Assembly (NCBI GenBank): GCA_020137815.1
Contig: WFME01000034.1
Coordinates: 1 to 11,108 of the forward strand
Direction of reading: 5' to 3'
DNA from: Hormiphora californensis
Taxonomy: Eukaryota > Animalia > Ctenophora
DNA length: 11,108 bases
Below the pieces are notes generated by a model that ran no database searches, was not told where the DNA came from, and saw only the letters and a list, made by a program, of their open reading frames with translations. The translations under genes and the position numbers were made by a program. Positions 8,734 through 11,108 of the stretch are shown piece after piece (positions within the stretch are counted from its first letter, which is position 1; every line of letters begins with the position of its first letter).

Positions 8734-9670
8734 GTTTTTTCCATAACAAAGAGAGAGAAGAGCCCTACAAAATAAACGCTCGAAACGAGCGTTCGACGAC
8801 CGATATCGTTGGTTTTAAACCGGTCGTTTTCACGGTCTTTTTGGGAGACGTCTGAAACGATGGACGGTTTTAAACAGCGAAATGCCGTCAGCCCGGGGGG
8901 CTCAAAGCGCGTTTTTTTTCCCATGGATCTTCCTGCAGGTTTCTATCCGACTTTCTTTTGCGTTTTTAAAAAAGGGCCTAACAATCACAAGCAAATTCCT
9001 ATTCTTTACTCTTCTTTTACTTTGCTTTTTTTCACTTTGCTTGTCCTCCAAAAAAAAAGGGGCTTTTTCCCCTCCTCCCTCGGCTCTACTTTTCCCAAAA
9101 TACCCCCCTCCCCGTTTCCCTAAATTTTGGGGGGGCCTATCCTACTAAATTACCGCTTTCTTGGTAAATTTTCCCCCCCCCCCCCGCCCCCCCCACCCCC
9201 CCCCCTCCCCCCCCCACCTCCCCCCAATATAGCGACTTTTGCAAAAACACCACACTAAGAGACAATCCTTGTGTTTGGTGCACTAATCCTTTCGCGTTAA
9301 AAACTAACAAATGTTCTTATCTTCCCATCCCAAGTATTCAGAAACATTTTTTCAGTCCATTGGTGCTACATTCATCACCCCTTTTTTGTGTTTTAAACAT
9401 TTTTTTTTTTCTTCATCTCCATGGGAAAACATACCCTCCCTCATCATCAAAACATCACGGTACCAACCCTCACAAATTCTGTAAGTTTTTACCTGTCCGT
9501 TTGTCGTTCACAGATTGTTAAAGTTTTATTGTGAATGTAATTTACTATTCAAAACACGGTAAACATCGGGATTCCAGACCCAAACTCAAGACATTCTCAA
9601 AGGCAAAACGTTACCTAGTTCCAGACCAATTAGAGAGAGAGATTGTTACTATAACTAGAGAGAGAGAGAG

Positions 9671-9720
9671 ACATGTTAGTATAAGTCTCACCATTGTTCC
9701 CACACACAAAACTGTTCCTG
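9671..9720 (-). pseudogene. Truncated duplicate of the 5' part of exon K0 with an intact acceptor
   Basis: TTTCTACAG|GAACAGTTTTGTGTGTGGGAACAATGGTGAGACTTATACTAACATGT (NSFVCGNNGETYTNM) matches 8655-8609 at 45/47 nt, then breaks into (CT)n. Confidence 0.8.
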
Positions 9721-11108
9721 TAGAAATTACATTTATTGGAAGTGGGGTAATTAATTGGTAGGTAATTACCAGTTAATTAGAGGTTTAATTACCAGTTAAT
9801 TGCGGATTTATCTATACCTTGTTGAACAAGACTTCGGGCATTGGGAAACAATGTTTTTTTGTTTTTCTAAACCATTTCCTGTTCCCTGCAAAACAACACA
9901 CTTTCCTGCGTGGTGGGAGGGAACCCATAAAAAAAAAGGGAAATTTGGGACTATAACTAAAGAGATTGGGACTATACCCCAAAGGGGGGGGTTTTTGGGG
10001 GGGAAAAAACTAATTAGAAAAATATACCCAATTGGTAAAAATAGTAATAAACAAATTCATCAGTTTTTGCGAAACTGGATCATCCAGATTCCAGAAGTGT
10101 ATAGAAATCTGACTCAGTTGCATGTCACAACACATCCTCGCAGTAAATAGTTTTAAATGTTATTATATTAATTTATTTAAATTAAAGAAAGATGAAACCT
10201 TTCTTTCTCAAACTTTTGAAACACTAAGTCTTGCCTAGCTAGACTCTGTTTAGTGCGCCCCGCATAACAAACTTACTCAATAAGGCGTAGTCTCTTCCAA
10301 ATGAGTTTCCCCGAACCACGGATGATGTTCTGGCTAGGGCTGGTATAAGATGGTCGCAGTAAACGCAAAAAATCATTTTTAAAAATTTAAATAATTTAAT
10401 TTTGAAAAACTTTATAAAAAAATAAAGAAAAATTGGGGACTATAACAGAGAGAATTGGACTATACTAAAAGGGGAGGGGGAGGTATCCACCTAGTTGGAA
10501 AAGTTTTTACCAATAAACGCGGTAATCTTTGAGGGAAAAAGGGTTTTTAGAAATTGGGGCTAATTTTTTCACCTAATTTTATCGATTAAAGTATATTTAG
10601 TTTGGGGGAGGGTGGAGGGTGGAGGGGAGGGTGGAGGGGGTTTTTTTTTTTTTTTCTTCGCGAAATAAAGAGAGAGGAGATTACCATAATAAGAGAGATA
10701 ATCATAGCGGCTATTATCAAAGGAGCTTTATATAAATAAAAAAATTTGGGTTTTTGGGCTAATATTTTTATAGTTTTAAATTTTTGTTAAGATCTATAAA
10801 TTAGTATTGCTTCTTTTTAGGCGGTTTAGAAATTTCATATTTATGTTTGGGCTTGTTTTACCCCTGATCCTTTACTGAAATCAAGGGGCGACAAGCAAAA
10901 TTGGGCCGTCCTCTGTTCCCTTGGGGAACCAAACACCCCAAACCCCCACCCTCCAAAACCCCACACCAGGGGCACCCCTGTTCCGCATTACAATGGAGTT
11001 ATTCAAGAAAAGTTTTTAAAGATTTTTTCATTCCAAACGATTTTTTTTCGAACTTTTCAACAAAAAATTTTTGTGGGGGTTTTTCTTCCCCGGGGAGAGA
11101 GAGAGAGA

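Noticed and set aside
8775-8880. Small hairpins (CGCTCGAAACGAGCG, GGTTTTAAACC) as a terminator or Helitron end
   Set aside because: They lie in deteriorating sequence and no other supporting hallmark is visible.
9170-9225. Poly-C tract and G-rich run at 10603-10640 as G-quadruplex or telomeric repeats
   Set aside because: They are irregular and embedded in low-quality homopolymer-rich sequence; probably base-calling artefacts.
8514-9761. Plus-strand ORFs sharing LTIVPTHKTVP
   Set aside because: The shared peptide is the antisense reading of exon K0 and its duplicate.
9630-10700. Recurring GAGAGATTG(T/G)(T/G)ACTATAAC motif near 9640, 9950-9975 and 10435-10465
   Set aside because: It may be a degraded repeat or redundant low-quality reads, but it is too noisy to define a unit or boundaries.

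Overview
Eukaryotic (animal) genomic DNA from an error-prone read or assembly, not a prokaryotic locus. The minus strand carries four recognisable spliced exons of a multi-domain follistatin/Kazal protein (agrin- or follistatin-like): 8655-8530, 5935-~5778, 5610-5509 and 5144-5022. Two of the three junctions are demonstrably phase-compatible. The ORF track shows only one of these exons. The striking feature is that exon edges are re-copied into the neighbouring introns together with their splice signals. A 40-bp minisatellite filling about 5 kb is the last 36 nt of an exon plus its GTAA(GT) donor. A 46-bp minisatellite (17 copies) is a 3' splice site plus the first 10 nt of another exon. Three further single-copy exon-edge duplicates occur at 5179-5201, 8427-8461 and 9671-9720. 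Where copies align cleanly, they differ from the exons only at synonymous positions. One intron also holds a ~1.5-kb foldback (long inverted repeat) element and a short interspersed repeat that I recall from the ctenophore Pleurobrachia. Roughly 1-2450 and 8900-11108 are of low sequence quality.
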